Positions 54,333 to 64,000 of a stretch of 64,000 nt of DNA are shown here, piece after piece. Under the pieces are notes generated by a model, which saw only the letters and a program-made list of their open reading frames with translations, ran no database searches and was not told the DNA's origin. How positions within the stretch are numbered: the first letter of the stretch is position 1; every line of letters starts with the position of its first letter. Source of the stretch: Tubiluchus corallicola (lineage: Eukaryota > Animalia > Priapulida); assembly GCA_030141605.1 (NCBI GenBank), contig JAQGDQ010000166.1, forward strand, positions 124,001 through 188,000, read 5' to 3'. The translations under genes and the position numbers were made by a program.

Positions 54333-55358
54333 TTAACGAAAAATAACAGGCTTTTTGCATAATTATACAAAAATTGGAAGCAGCAGATCAATTTAGCAAA
54401 TTGAACGGCAACGTCAGCTGATGAAATTTGAATCGACGCTCACGAAGAGCTGCTAATGGAATATTTAAAATCATATTTGATCAGCATCGGTGCTTCGACC
54501 TTACATATTTGTCTTCCATAGTAATTATCGCTGCTTAAGCGTACCGTAGTGATTAGCTGGAACAATATAATACTTGCCAATGAATTAAATATGAGCCATT
54601 CATTACTGCAAGGCATAATACAGTTAGTTTCTAGATAGACTGCAGCCTTGTCGATAGATGTCAGAAACAGTAAAACTAAATCGAGACGTCTGCTGCCTTC
54701 GCTCTGGCCAAAACCATTAGCGAAATCTGCGCGCGACATTTACAGGTAATTAATTCAACAGAAAATTAGAAGTTGCGTAACAAATCTTTGGAACAAAGGT
54801 CCCGCCAGCAGACGCATTTAGGTTTGTAAGAAAGTAGAAAAGTACGGAGTCGTGTTACGAAGCAGTTGTAAATCAAAAGAGAAACCATTATATTTATGCG
54901 AAGTCGGAAAGTTACTTAAAGGAAAGCCTGACTATTGTGTAAACACGAGTTCAGAATAAAGAATGCTCTAAAATATTGAAAACTAATATAGCTTTTTTAA
55001 ATCAAAACTTAGATTAAATAATAATTACCTCGGATACTCAAATTTTGCTAAACTTTCAAAGTTACGCGCGGTTCAGTGAATCTACTAAGATTGGCAACGG
55101 CGCCTTTTTGTCGCGTTCGCGTAGGCGACAAATAGAAGGCGGTACTGTGATAACCATGATCATGAACTGCAGCGTTAGTTTCTGACGTCATATGATGTAG
55201 AGCCCATTTTTCGTGACATCACGCATTTAAGCAGTAACACTTACTCAAACGTGCTTAATGCGCAAAGGAAGATGTCTGCCATTGCACAACTGTGGTTAAT
55301 CTCTGACGTAAGCAATAGTTGTGTTAGGTTGCCGTTATTTAGCTTTCTAAGCTAATTA

Positions 55359-56309
55359 CCGTAAAACGGGGTGAGTTCGCCACTTTTTAGGGGTATTTTT
55401 TTACGTTTCCTGCCATAGCAAGAGAATTACCAAACCAATTTTCTTAGTTCAAGCTTTATATTGCCTTTCGAATGAAACACTATCGTGGGGTGAATTCGCC
55501 ATTAACGATTTTACACTCTTTAATGCCATTCTAGGCAGCTGAAGTTAACTGGTTGTGATTGGCTGGTTGGGGGTGAGTTCGCCACCCTATGAAAAAATTA
55601 TGAAAAATGTCTAATTTTAGTTTTCAAATAGAAACTTCTACGTTGGCAAGGAAGGCTTGAACGTCTTGTGCACTGATCTTTTCGCGGGCGCCCTTGATGT
55701 TGCCAGCCGCTCTGAAAACCAGATTGTTCCTTCGGGCGAATGATTTGACAAAGTCTATTCCAGGGTGTTTGCCTTGAATCGTCGTTCCCGGATTCCCTTC
55801 GCGTCAAGAACACTCTTAATCAGTAGTCGGAGATCGATGGCAGTCATTGGGAACTCCCATTCAGCGGCCACTTGGAGTGTTGGCGATTTCGTGCTTCTCG
55901 GCGGCGGAGAACACTGGCTGATCTCCGGTGTTCCGCGGATGACTTCCTGAGAGTTTGTCAGAAAGGGTCTTTCTTGGAACTCCGATTTGCCTCGCCGCTG
56001 CGCTGATTGTCCTGTTGGTATTCTTGACGGCATGTAGGGCAGCTTCCAGAGCTTCTGGGGTATAATTTTGGTATCTATGACCCGGTACAGGGGTGTAGGT
56101 GCGTGGCATGTTAAGTAGCAAGAAATAGTAGACAAATAATATGTAGCGCAGAATGGAGTACTTCTAGAGCGAATTGAAAAAAGATAACTGTCGCAAACTG
56201 TTTATAATGACGGTGATCATGATATCTGTTCATTAAACACTCAACAATAGTTACAGCAAACCTACAATGGCCCTTACGTAAGGGGTGGCGAACTCACCCC
56301 GTTTTACGG
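55359..56309 (-). mobile_element. pogo/Tigger-like (Tc1-mariner superfamily) deletion derivative, 951 bp
   Basis: Perfect 25-bp TIR CCGTAAAACGGGGTGAGTTCGCCAC at 55359-55383 and 56285-56309, TA on both sides, transposase remnant inside. Confidence 0.92.
55624..56109 (-). pseudogene. pogo-like transposase N-terminus (Psq-type HTH plus CENP-B-type HTH), two frameshifts, no DDE domain
   Basis: MPRTY...YTPEALEAALHAVK...TISAAARQIGVPRKTLSDKL; shift; LQVAAEWEFPMTAIDLRLLIKSVLD...FKAN; shift; PGIDFVKSFARRNNLVFRAAGNIKGAREKISAQDVQAFLANVE, ending before the NxDET motif. Confidence 0.85.
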
Positions 56310-56418
56310 TATTCAAATATAAGAGATAATTGCTAACTTTTATAAGCAAGAAAATGTATATTTTGAACAGCAAATTAAAATGTGATTGAGTCTAGACAAT
56401 CGTCCGGTTTTCCTTTAA

Positions 56419-56712
56419 AGTACAAGAAAAGTGGTACCTGAAGTAGGTTTCAGAAAAATCGTCTTAAAAAATTATATTACTTTACAGCAGTTTTATGCAT
56501 ATATCGTACTCGCGTAGAAAGGATTTTTTTGCTTGTTTTCATTTTAAGTCTCCCGCAATACTGTTCCGACGGCGCCATTGCATGACGTCATATACGCACA
56601 ACATAAATCAGTGGAAGAAAAGGAAATGCTAAATTGTGTCCCAAAAAACTTTCCATGCAAAGTTATATTACTTGGCATTTCGCTTACCTGCTTGAAACAC
56701 TTATGTAATTAA
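56419..56712 (+). mobile_element. Family A, left half abutting family D
   Basis: TTAA|AGTACAAGAAAAGTGGTACCTGAAGTAGGTTTCAG. Confidence 0.8.
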
Positions 56713-56837
56713 TCGTGTTAATTCAAAACAGTATAGGACGTTTACGTAAACATTGGAATATGGATTTCCGGTGTAGAATGTAAAACTGTGCCGACGTTTA
56801 GAGAGCGGAACAATATTAATGAATCTTGCTGCATTAA

Positions 56838-57424
56838 AGCACAAGAAACCCCTCCACTTACATAAAGCTTAAAAAATTCTTCTTGATATTTTATACCACT
56901 TACGTAATGCCTTTTTGCATACAGGCTTGCGTCAGCAGTAACGCTGTATAAAACGTGTAAATTTAAATTCCCGCAACGACCATTAGACGCAGCCATTTTG
57001 ACGATAAGTCATTCGAAACAAGTTTAGATAACATTGTGTAACGTTTGAAAAAATAATCAGAGCATTTGTACCACACACGTCACTAACTAACTAAAATTTT
57101 AAATTACTGCATCTTCTCAATGAGATTAAAAATACGTTTCTTAGTTAGTGAGTGGTGCACCCTGGAGGATGAGTCAACAACATTTTACCAACTGGTAGAA
57201 ACATTTTAAAAAATCAATAATTTTCTTTTCTAGTTACATAAGTCTTCAAGCGAAATGCTCTAAGTAACATAATTCTGCATGGAAAATTTTTCGGGACATA
57301 GATTAACATTTCCTTTTAGTCCACTGAGTTGCGTTGTGCGTGTATGACGTCATATAATTGCGAAGTTGGAACAGTATTGCGGGAAATTTAAAGTGAAAAC
57401 AAACAAAAATGGTTTTCAACGCGA
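56838..57424 (-). mobile_element. Family A, near-full copy in inverted orientation
   Basis: TTAA|AGCACAAGAAACCCC; reverse complement of ~20910-21478. Confidence 0.8.
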
Positions 57425-57877
57425 GCATGATGCACTTCACTAGCTAAGGAAAGACATAAAATTTACTTTATCTTTTCTTATAAAATTTTAATAATATTTC
57501 TTGATAAGGCAGCAAAATTTTTGATGCACATTGGGATTGTCAGCCAGTGACGTTTAGCAGTTGGCGCGAATATTTTAAATTATTAATTATTTTCTTTTCC
57601 AGTTACACGTGTTTTTCGAACAGGTATGTAAACCTAACTTTGTATGAAAAGTTTCTTTGGGGCGTCTAAAAATCCACCATTTTTGACGTTAATGCACATC
57701 ATACCAGGATGAACCTATTCAGCTCGTGTTACAAAAGCTCAGTGGAATTTTATTGAAGAGATTCTTTAGGATGTATCGACCAAAGCAGCTAAACCTTTTT
57801 ACAAAAATGAGATTTACTAGACGGAAAGCTTATCAGGTGGACGCAAGAGACGTGTGCAAATAACTAATAACTACGCA

Positions 57878-57893
57878 TAATATTGTTCTTATG

Positions 57894-57938
<45 letters not shown>

Positions 57939-58292
57939 ACTACTACTACTACCACTACTACTACTACTACTACGCATATCTGAACCTACAACAGAGAGTT
58001 TTTGTAAATAATGTTCTTATGGTTGCTGCTGCTGCTACTGCTGCTGCTGCTGCTGTTACTGCTGCTACTACTCATAGCTTAGCCTGCAACAGAGAGTTTC
58101 TGCAAATAATGTTCTTATGGTTGCAGTTGCTGCTGCTACTACTACTACACCCATTACTTAGCCTGCAGCAGAGAGGTTTTGCAAATAATGTTCTTATGGT
58201 TGTTGTTGCTGCTGCTGCTAATATTACTACTACACTACTCACAGCTGAGCCTACAACAGAGAGGTTTTGCGAAAAATGTTCTTATGGTTGCA
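57878..58292 (+). repeat. Composite tandem repeat: fixed AATAATGTTCTTATGGTTG module plus variable (CTG)/(CTA) core, 5 starts
   Basis: TGTTCTTATGGTTG recurs five times, each followed by a different-length triplet tract and usually CCT(A/G)CAACAGAGAG. Confidence 0.8.
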
Positions 58293-58425
58293 AGTGTTCG
58301 ATGCGGCTTATTTAATATGCAATTTTGTCTTTTTGCATGTCATACTGTGTGAAGCTATACAGCGTAATTATTCACTTTGAATGCAAAAAGATATTTTACC
58401 CCTAAGGCCTCTGAATATATTATTG

Positions 58426-58598
58426 AATTATAAAATTTTTGAATTACAAATTTATTTCACAGTGAATCAAAACAATACATACAAAACATTTTGTTGACAC
58501 ATTACAAAATATACAGTATATCTTATAATGTGTCAAAAAGATGTTTCGTATGTATGATTCACTGTGAAATACATTTGTAATTCAAAAGTTTAATAATT
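58426..58598. repeat. ~170-bp foldback palindrome centred at 58515
   Basis: TTTTGAATTACAAATTTATTTCACAGTGAATCA pairs with TGATTCACTGTGAAATACATTTGTAATTCAAAA; inner arms pair down to ATATAC-A-GTATAT. Confidence 0.85.
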
Positions 58599-59383
58599 AG
58601 ATAGGAGTCACTTTGAAGAGAAGGAAAGAGCATTATACTTTCGAGTCCTCATCCAGAGAAGTGCAACAATTGACACTTATATATTGTCATTTACAGATTG
58701 TATGTTATGAAGTGATAATGTAAATAAGTACATCATGATGTTTTAACTCATTTGTTTATTACTTTCATTTACAAACATATACACGTGACACGGCAACGGA
58801 CATCAAATACTAATAATACTTTTCGAGAATAAACTTTAGATAAAAACATTCAGTCTAATTCATTAACGAAAAATGAAAAAAAATTATTCTTGTTCTCGAC
58901 ACTTTCCAACATTTTTCGCGAATATTGAAATAAGCTTAACCTCTTAGAAAGGTTGACCTTTCCTTTAATGTTTGGTCTCTCGTCTGTCTGTCCATTCAAC
59001 GACGGGTAAATGTCCGGTAACTTGATACAAGATAACAGGTCATTACAGCCCGTAAGTGAAATTGTTCGCTGAGGCTTGTTAAGAATCTCAGAGAAGCCAT
59101 TACAGGGAAGCTGTAACCAAGATTCATCGCCTCCATGCCTGATAGTTAACGCTTAATACATAGCTGCAATAATTATCATTATTAATATACGTAATAATCG
59201 TTTTAAAAGCGTGAATGAGATTTACGTGGTTATGAATTGGACACAGGCCTTTGAGAATATAGCTGAGCTGACATACACTGAATACAATGTTACAAAACTA
59301 TGCAATATAATTAATATCAGGTTCGTCACACAAATCATCAGTACAAGACAAACATTAGACTGCATATTCTGTAACTAACTTAA

Positions 59384-59970
59384 AGCAAACATGGACCGAA
59401 TCTTAAACTGTAGGTCAAAACAATCGACTCTTTAAAATATTGAAATGAAACATACTTTTTTTTCAAAAATGACTAACGTAAAAGAATTATTATCACACAA
59501 ACACACATTCGCGCCACTAGCTTTTCGCTGTTACGTACATTTCGTCATTCGGTAGTTAGACGGGCACAAGTGCCTGCATTTCGGAAACGCATTGCACAAA
59601 AACAGAAACTGTACCTCTCAGTTCAGATGTGTTAGTTTGTGACAAACTACACACGTTCGGCAGCTCATACGTGAGCACAGCAGTAAATTTGAAATTTGAA
59701 TTTTTATTTTAAAACTTGCCTAGTTTTAGTACAACACACTGAATATCTTACAGTAGCGCTGTACTTCAATTTTCTCTTTCGCAAACACGTGCAACACGCT
59801 CGTGGAATATTTTTGCTGTTGAAAATTGTGTTCGTTTGTGATGTCATAAATAGATGGGCTCACCCGCCGTTAATTAAGTTTTTGATCTATTATTTAATTA
59901 TCAGAAACGCTTTTACAATATTAATTGTGTTAAAATGTACACTTTTTATCGGGCTTGAAAATGGGGTAGT
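59384..59970 (-). mobile_element. Family C, near-full copy
   Basis: TTAA|AGCAAACATGGACCGAATCTTAAACTGTAGGTC ... CTTGAAAATGGGGTAG. Confidence 0.85.
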
Positions 59971-60139
59971 CAGTTCCGTAACTTATTTGTAATTTGTAAT
60001 TTACTTGTCTGTAATTTAGCTTTTCATATCAGTACAACACTACAGAACAAATACTTGTACAAAAAATAAAAGTACCAAAATAACAAAATGATTAACATCA
60101 AATCAGAAAAATTTACTAAGGTCGTACATATTAAACTGC

Positions 60140-60733
60140 AAACTTCAGTTGTTTTACGTAGACTTTACTTAATTACACATTAGTCTGAGCGTAGAGTGAT
60201 TTACTAGCAGAATCTTGCTTAGGAACAAGAAAAAATGAACTAGGTAAGATTCTAGGCAGCTGTTAAAACTGTTACTATTACAACAGCATGGGCTGCGAGG
60301 CGTTGTCAAGTGTACGCAAATGCATTTTCTGGTACACTTAACCTTTGACCTTTTCACGATCATCATCAATCGTTGGAACTGTGGAAAGGTTTATTAACAT
60401 TATCTGAGCTGACCAGCAAAGTCAGTTTACACTTTAAAACTGCCACATCATTTCAAAAGCCGACTGCCTCATCATTTCAGTAACGTTAGTTGTTTTACCA
60501 TGAACTTTAGTTAACCATGCATTAGTCTGTGTGTAGAATGATTTACTAGCAGAATCTTGCCTGGGAACAAGAAAAAATGAACTAGGTAAGATTCTAGCTA
60601 GTTGTTTAAACTGATACTATTATAACAGCATGGGCTGCGAGGCGTTGTCAAGTGTACACAAATGTGTTGTCTGATACTCTTAACCTTTGACCTTTACACG
60701 ATCATCATCAATCGCTAGAACTGTGAAAAGACT
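60140..60733 (+). mobile_element. Two tandem partial copies of MITE family G (~60140-60392 and ~60475-60733)
   Basis: Both carry TTTACTAGCAGAATCTTGC...GGGCTGCGAGGCGTTGTCAAGTGTA...TTAACCTTTGACC as in 6214-6602. Confidence 0.8.
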
Positions 60734-60896
60734 TTCGAACATGTTGCGTGCTCTTGTATCAGTTTCTCATTTTGTAGGAGGTCGATCTCCCTTTTACGAG
60801 GGTTCGAGAAATTCTCATTCTCATATCACTGTACTGGAGATGAGTTTGCACAGCTTGCAGCTGCTCAAATTTTACAAATAATGCTATATTAGTCAA

Positions 60897-60974
60897 TTAG
60901 ACTAATTGACATAATTGTACACATCAGTCTGTCACTGACTGGTTCTACACAAATTTTATGTACGATGTAAGATT

Positions 60975-61043
<69 letters not shown>

Positions 61044-61169
61044 GCATGCACGCACGCACACACACATATATATAAATCTTGCATCGTACATCAAATTACA
61101 TCGTACATAAAATTAGTGTAGAACCAGTCAGTGACAGACTGATGCGTACAATTATGACAAATAGTCTAA
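60897..61169. repeat. Foldback element: 74-bp inverted arms around (CA)n(CG)n
   Basis: 60897-60970 versus the reverse complement of 61096-61169 differ at about 4 positions. Confidence 0.9.
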
Positions 61170-61624
61170 GTTAAAAATCATAAGAATAAAAACATCAAAA
61201 TACTATATTACATATCTACAAATTTGTATACATGATGACATGGTGGTGACCTATGAAATATGCTGAATTTTAATACGTTTTGATACTTTTTGCTACTTTT
61301 TTGCCAAGTAAGTTTCCGTACGAGCTGTATATTTTTATAGTATGGACATTTATGTTACGATAAATTAGTGATTACAATTGTCGCATCGTTTGCCTTGTTA
61401 ATTATTTTTTATTCGTTAAAAGGCAAGGAAACCCATTTTGGTTTAAACATAATTTATTGAAGATGTAACATCAGATTAGGTTTGAAACACGCAGTTTTAC
61501 AACTGATATATGTTCTCCCTAGTGGAACTGAAAGCTAAACAGATGCAGAACAATGGTGACCAAAATGTACAAGAAATGTTGCAATAAATATTGACATTAC
61601 TATGTAACTATAGTAACAAAGTTA

Positions 61625-61895
61625 ATACTATATAAAGCACTTAGTGCTTGAAAAAGACTGCATTAAAACAAAAAATTGAGTGTTTACAGAATTATCTAGG
61701 GTATGGTTCACATGCAGGAACAAACGTACAAGTTCATTTGTTGCAAAACTGTAAACATTTAAAGCTGACAAAAGAGGGCAGAGATTTGTAAATAAGTCGT
61801 GTCTGGCCTGGTGGTAAAGAGGGCAGCTAGTTAAGTTATGACCGACTGTTTCATAAGTAGAACCACATTGACAACTAGGTGATACTAGCGACCCG
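61625..61895 (-). mobile_element. CR1-group LINE 3' fragment
   Basis: SPSCQCGSTYETVGHNLTSCPLYHQARHDLF...NTQFFVLMQSFSSTKCF resembles the CxCG..E...H...CP.Y...R C-terminus of invertebrate CR1-like ORF2. Confidence 0.7.
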
Positions 61896-61957
61896 TCGTA
61901 ATTTTTACACTTTCTGGGGTATAAACAATAATTAAGTTGGACAAAATCCAACTTTGT

Positions 61958-62200
61958 GTTCAAAACACATTTTGTAAGTAAGGTTTAAAAAATTCGTGTT
62001 GAAATTTCATGTCACTTACGTGCTGTCTTATTTCGTACAGAGCTTGCGTTAGCAGTAACGTTGTATAAAACTTAAATTTAATCTCCCGCGATGACCGTTA
62101 GGTGCAGCCATTTTTAATGGTGGGGCGTTTTGGGGTAAATTTAGATAACACTGCGTAAAGTTTGGAAATTAGTCTCACCATTTGTAGCGCCCTCTTCCGT
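61958..62200 (-). mobile_element. Family A variant, right-end fragment
   Basis: AAATTCGTGTTGAAATTT...ACAGAGCTTGCGTTAGCAGTAACGTTGTATAAAAC...CCCGCGATGACCGTTAG. Confidence 0.6.
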
Positions 62201-62849
62201 AACTAATAAACTCCACACAAATGTTGGCAATGAAGTTTTTTCTATAGCGATAGTGTAAAATAATTTAAAATATATAATAGTTTGTTTATTATTTATTATA
62301 CTGATTGCGTTTTCTAGTATTTCTTAAATTTCGTGTTCTATTATTAATACAGCGGTTTCGAAAAGTACAGTACTACTACGCGTAAACGCTATTGCAAATT
62401 TTTGTATATAATGCTCTTTCAGGAAACTTCTGTCGAAAACGTATTTCCGTTTTCCTCATAGAAGTTACTTTTATAACGTCCTCTAAACTACTTATAGAGT
62501 ACATAACTATGCACAGATTAAATAGATACTAACAATTATCATCGTAAAATCAAAGTGAACTTTAAACTTTATTTTGTATTATTATTATTATCCAGTATGT
62601 ATATCTAACCTTGTAAATAAGTATTTGCATCATGATGTTTTAATCAATTGCTCTTTGCGTTTATTTTATCTCTGACTAGGAACTACAGTGAATATTAACA
62701 ATGAATAATTTCTAATAATTATGCAAATTTCATTTAGATACAAAAAAACTTTCAGTTTAATTGTATTAGCATCTCACATTTCAAGAGCAATCAAAATACC
62801 AAAGATACTAAAAAAATTCTCGATATCTTCCCTAAACTTTCCTCCTTAC

Positions 62850-62912
62850 CTTGTCTCCGCTGCTCTCCTGATCAGCTGCCTTTCTCCTCTTGAAAGATAA
62901 TTGACGTATCAT
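62850..62912 (-). CDS. Probable first coding exon of the adenylyl cyclase (MIRQLSFKRRKAADQESSGDK)
   Basis: ATG at 62910-62912 with an upstream in-frame TAG. Ends at a strong donor AAG|gtaagg in phase 0, compatible with the phase-0 acceptor at 16147. No homology support; inferred from splice signal and frame only. Confidence 0.55.
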
Positions 62913-63113
62913 CGCGGAAGAGAAGCTCAGGTAAAAAATTACGAATAGAATCTATTATCCTGCTGCTTAATCCAGTGTCTTTTAGCGAAACTTTCAACAC
63001 CAGTTTAAATCAACGACGTCTATGAACCTGCTGGTGTATTGATACCTACAGTGCCAGTCAGTGGTCCTGAGTTCACTTCCACGCCAAGGATATTTTAGAC
63101 CACAAAAACTAGT

Positions 63114-63385
63114 AATTTATTTGAGCAGTTGTTGTCTGCCGTTTCTGACACACGTTCTTTTCTAGCATGAAGATTTTAAACTCGCACACAAAAACGTACC
63201 AATCTACTTTGAACCACTTAATTTTTTTCTGTAATGCTTTTCAGATCTCAAGAATTTGCAATTTATTCGAGCAGTTGTTGTCTACCGTTTCTGACACACG
63301 TTCTTTTCTAGTATGAAGATTTTAAACTCGCACAGCAAGACTTAATTTACTTTGAACCAGTAAAATTTGTTTCTGCACTACTTTT
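63114..63385 (+). repeat. Two-copy tandem duplication, 146-bp period
   Basis: GAGCAGTTGTTGTCT(G/A)CCGTTTCTGACACACGTTCTTTTCTAG at ~63123 and ~63269. Confidence 0.9.
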
Positions 63386-63399
63386 TACACTGTAAACAC

Positions 63400-63845
63400 G
63401 CAGCACGTACTCACACTATTTCGTAGACACAACGTACGAGTTGACTAGATACAGACTCACTGAGATACTAAACCGAGCAGCGCTAAACGTCTGTAGCAGT
63501 AACTTAGTGCTGAACTACTTGTGTTACACTAAACTAATAAAAACTGGCTGTGCTCTTGTTATCTGAGCCAAGTCACGTGACATCAGCGAGGCTCTCATCC
63601 CCATGAAGTGATTCTCCTTCGGCAACTTGAAAATTAGCTTGGTCAAGTTTTGCGCCTTGATACTGAAGCCATCTAAACAACGTCACTAAACACTTTCACG
63701 GTGATTCAACAAGCATCTTGTATGGCTTTATGTGAGCACGCAGAGGAATGTGCAACTCGCGTACCGGTTGAAGCAGCAGCAGCAGCTTCCGTCTGCTCGA
63801 GGGTGAGCAGGCGCCGGACGAGCAGATCTGTCAGCCAATGGCGGC
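63400..63845 (-). promoter_or_regulatory. Candidate promoter/5' region of the adenylyl cyclase
   Basis: Locally GC/CpG-richer unique sequence upstream of the putative first exon, with palindromic GTCACGTGAC at 63572-63581 and AGCCAAT at 63833-63839. Confidence 0.35.
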
Positions 63846-64000
63846 TCGTAGCTGAAATTGGGGGGGGGGGCGTAAGTGCTGCTTCAGAAAATTTTAGCCA
63901 TTGTTTCAATACTGTGTAAAGCGTAACAGACAAGAAAATTGCCCAAAATCCACAGAAATGCATTGTCTGCATTTAGATGTGGGTTGTTCCCATTATGTAA

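Larger units (their letters stand above)
54920..56414 (+). mobile_element. Kolobok-like MITE family D (~540 bp) carrying a nested pogo-like insertion
   Basis: TTAA|AGGAAAGCCTGACTATTGT ... ACAATCGTCCGGTTTTCCT|TTAA, imperfect 19-bp TIR. Confidence 0.8.

Noticed and set aside
54440-54739. 99-aa minus-strand ORF as alternative first exon
   Set aside because: No recognisable domain and only a weak phase-0 donor (ACG|GTACGC).
63836-63880. G-run as an Sp1 GC box
   Set aside because: CAATGGCGGCTCGTAG...GGGGGGGGGGGCG resembles the left end of common non-autonomous hAT-type elements; it cannot be assigned as a promoter element.
63706-63972. 88-aa minus-strand ORF as first AC exon
   Set aside because: Ends in a stop with no evident donor and has no AC similarity; its upstream part overlaps what looks like a hAT-like MITE start.

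Overview
AT-rich animal (invertebrate-like) genomic DNA, not prokaryotic. The window holds the 5' part of one gene on the minus strand, a membrane adenylyl cyclase of the ADCY2/4/7 group. Three well-supported phase-0 coding exons (16004-16147, 7069-7422, 2507-2656) encode the first six-TM cassette and helical linker. A probable first coding exon at 62850-62912 would imply a ~46.7 kb first intron, and the catalytic exons lie left of position 1. The rest is intron filled with repeats. At least five non-autonomous DNA-transposon families have TTAA target sites and AG...CT ends (Kolobok/T2-MITE-like), and several are chained end to end through a shared TTAA. Also present: a pogo-type deletion derivative nested in one of them (its empty site is also in the window), LINE and SINE fragments, several minisatellites (two visibly born from transposon sequence), three long foldback palindromes and many microsatellites, which explain nearly all long ORFs in the track. 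The most notable signals are the dense transposon-borne TGACGTCA (CRE) load inside a cAMP-synthesis gene, the TTAA chaining, and the satellite births. I see no CRISPR array and no convincing novel protein-coding system. Coordinates and counts were read by eye; no alignments or searches were run.
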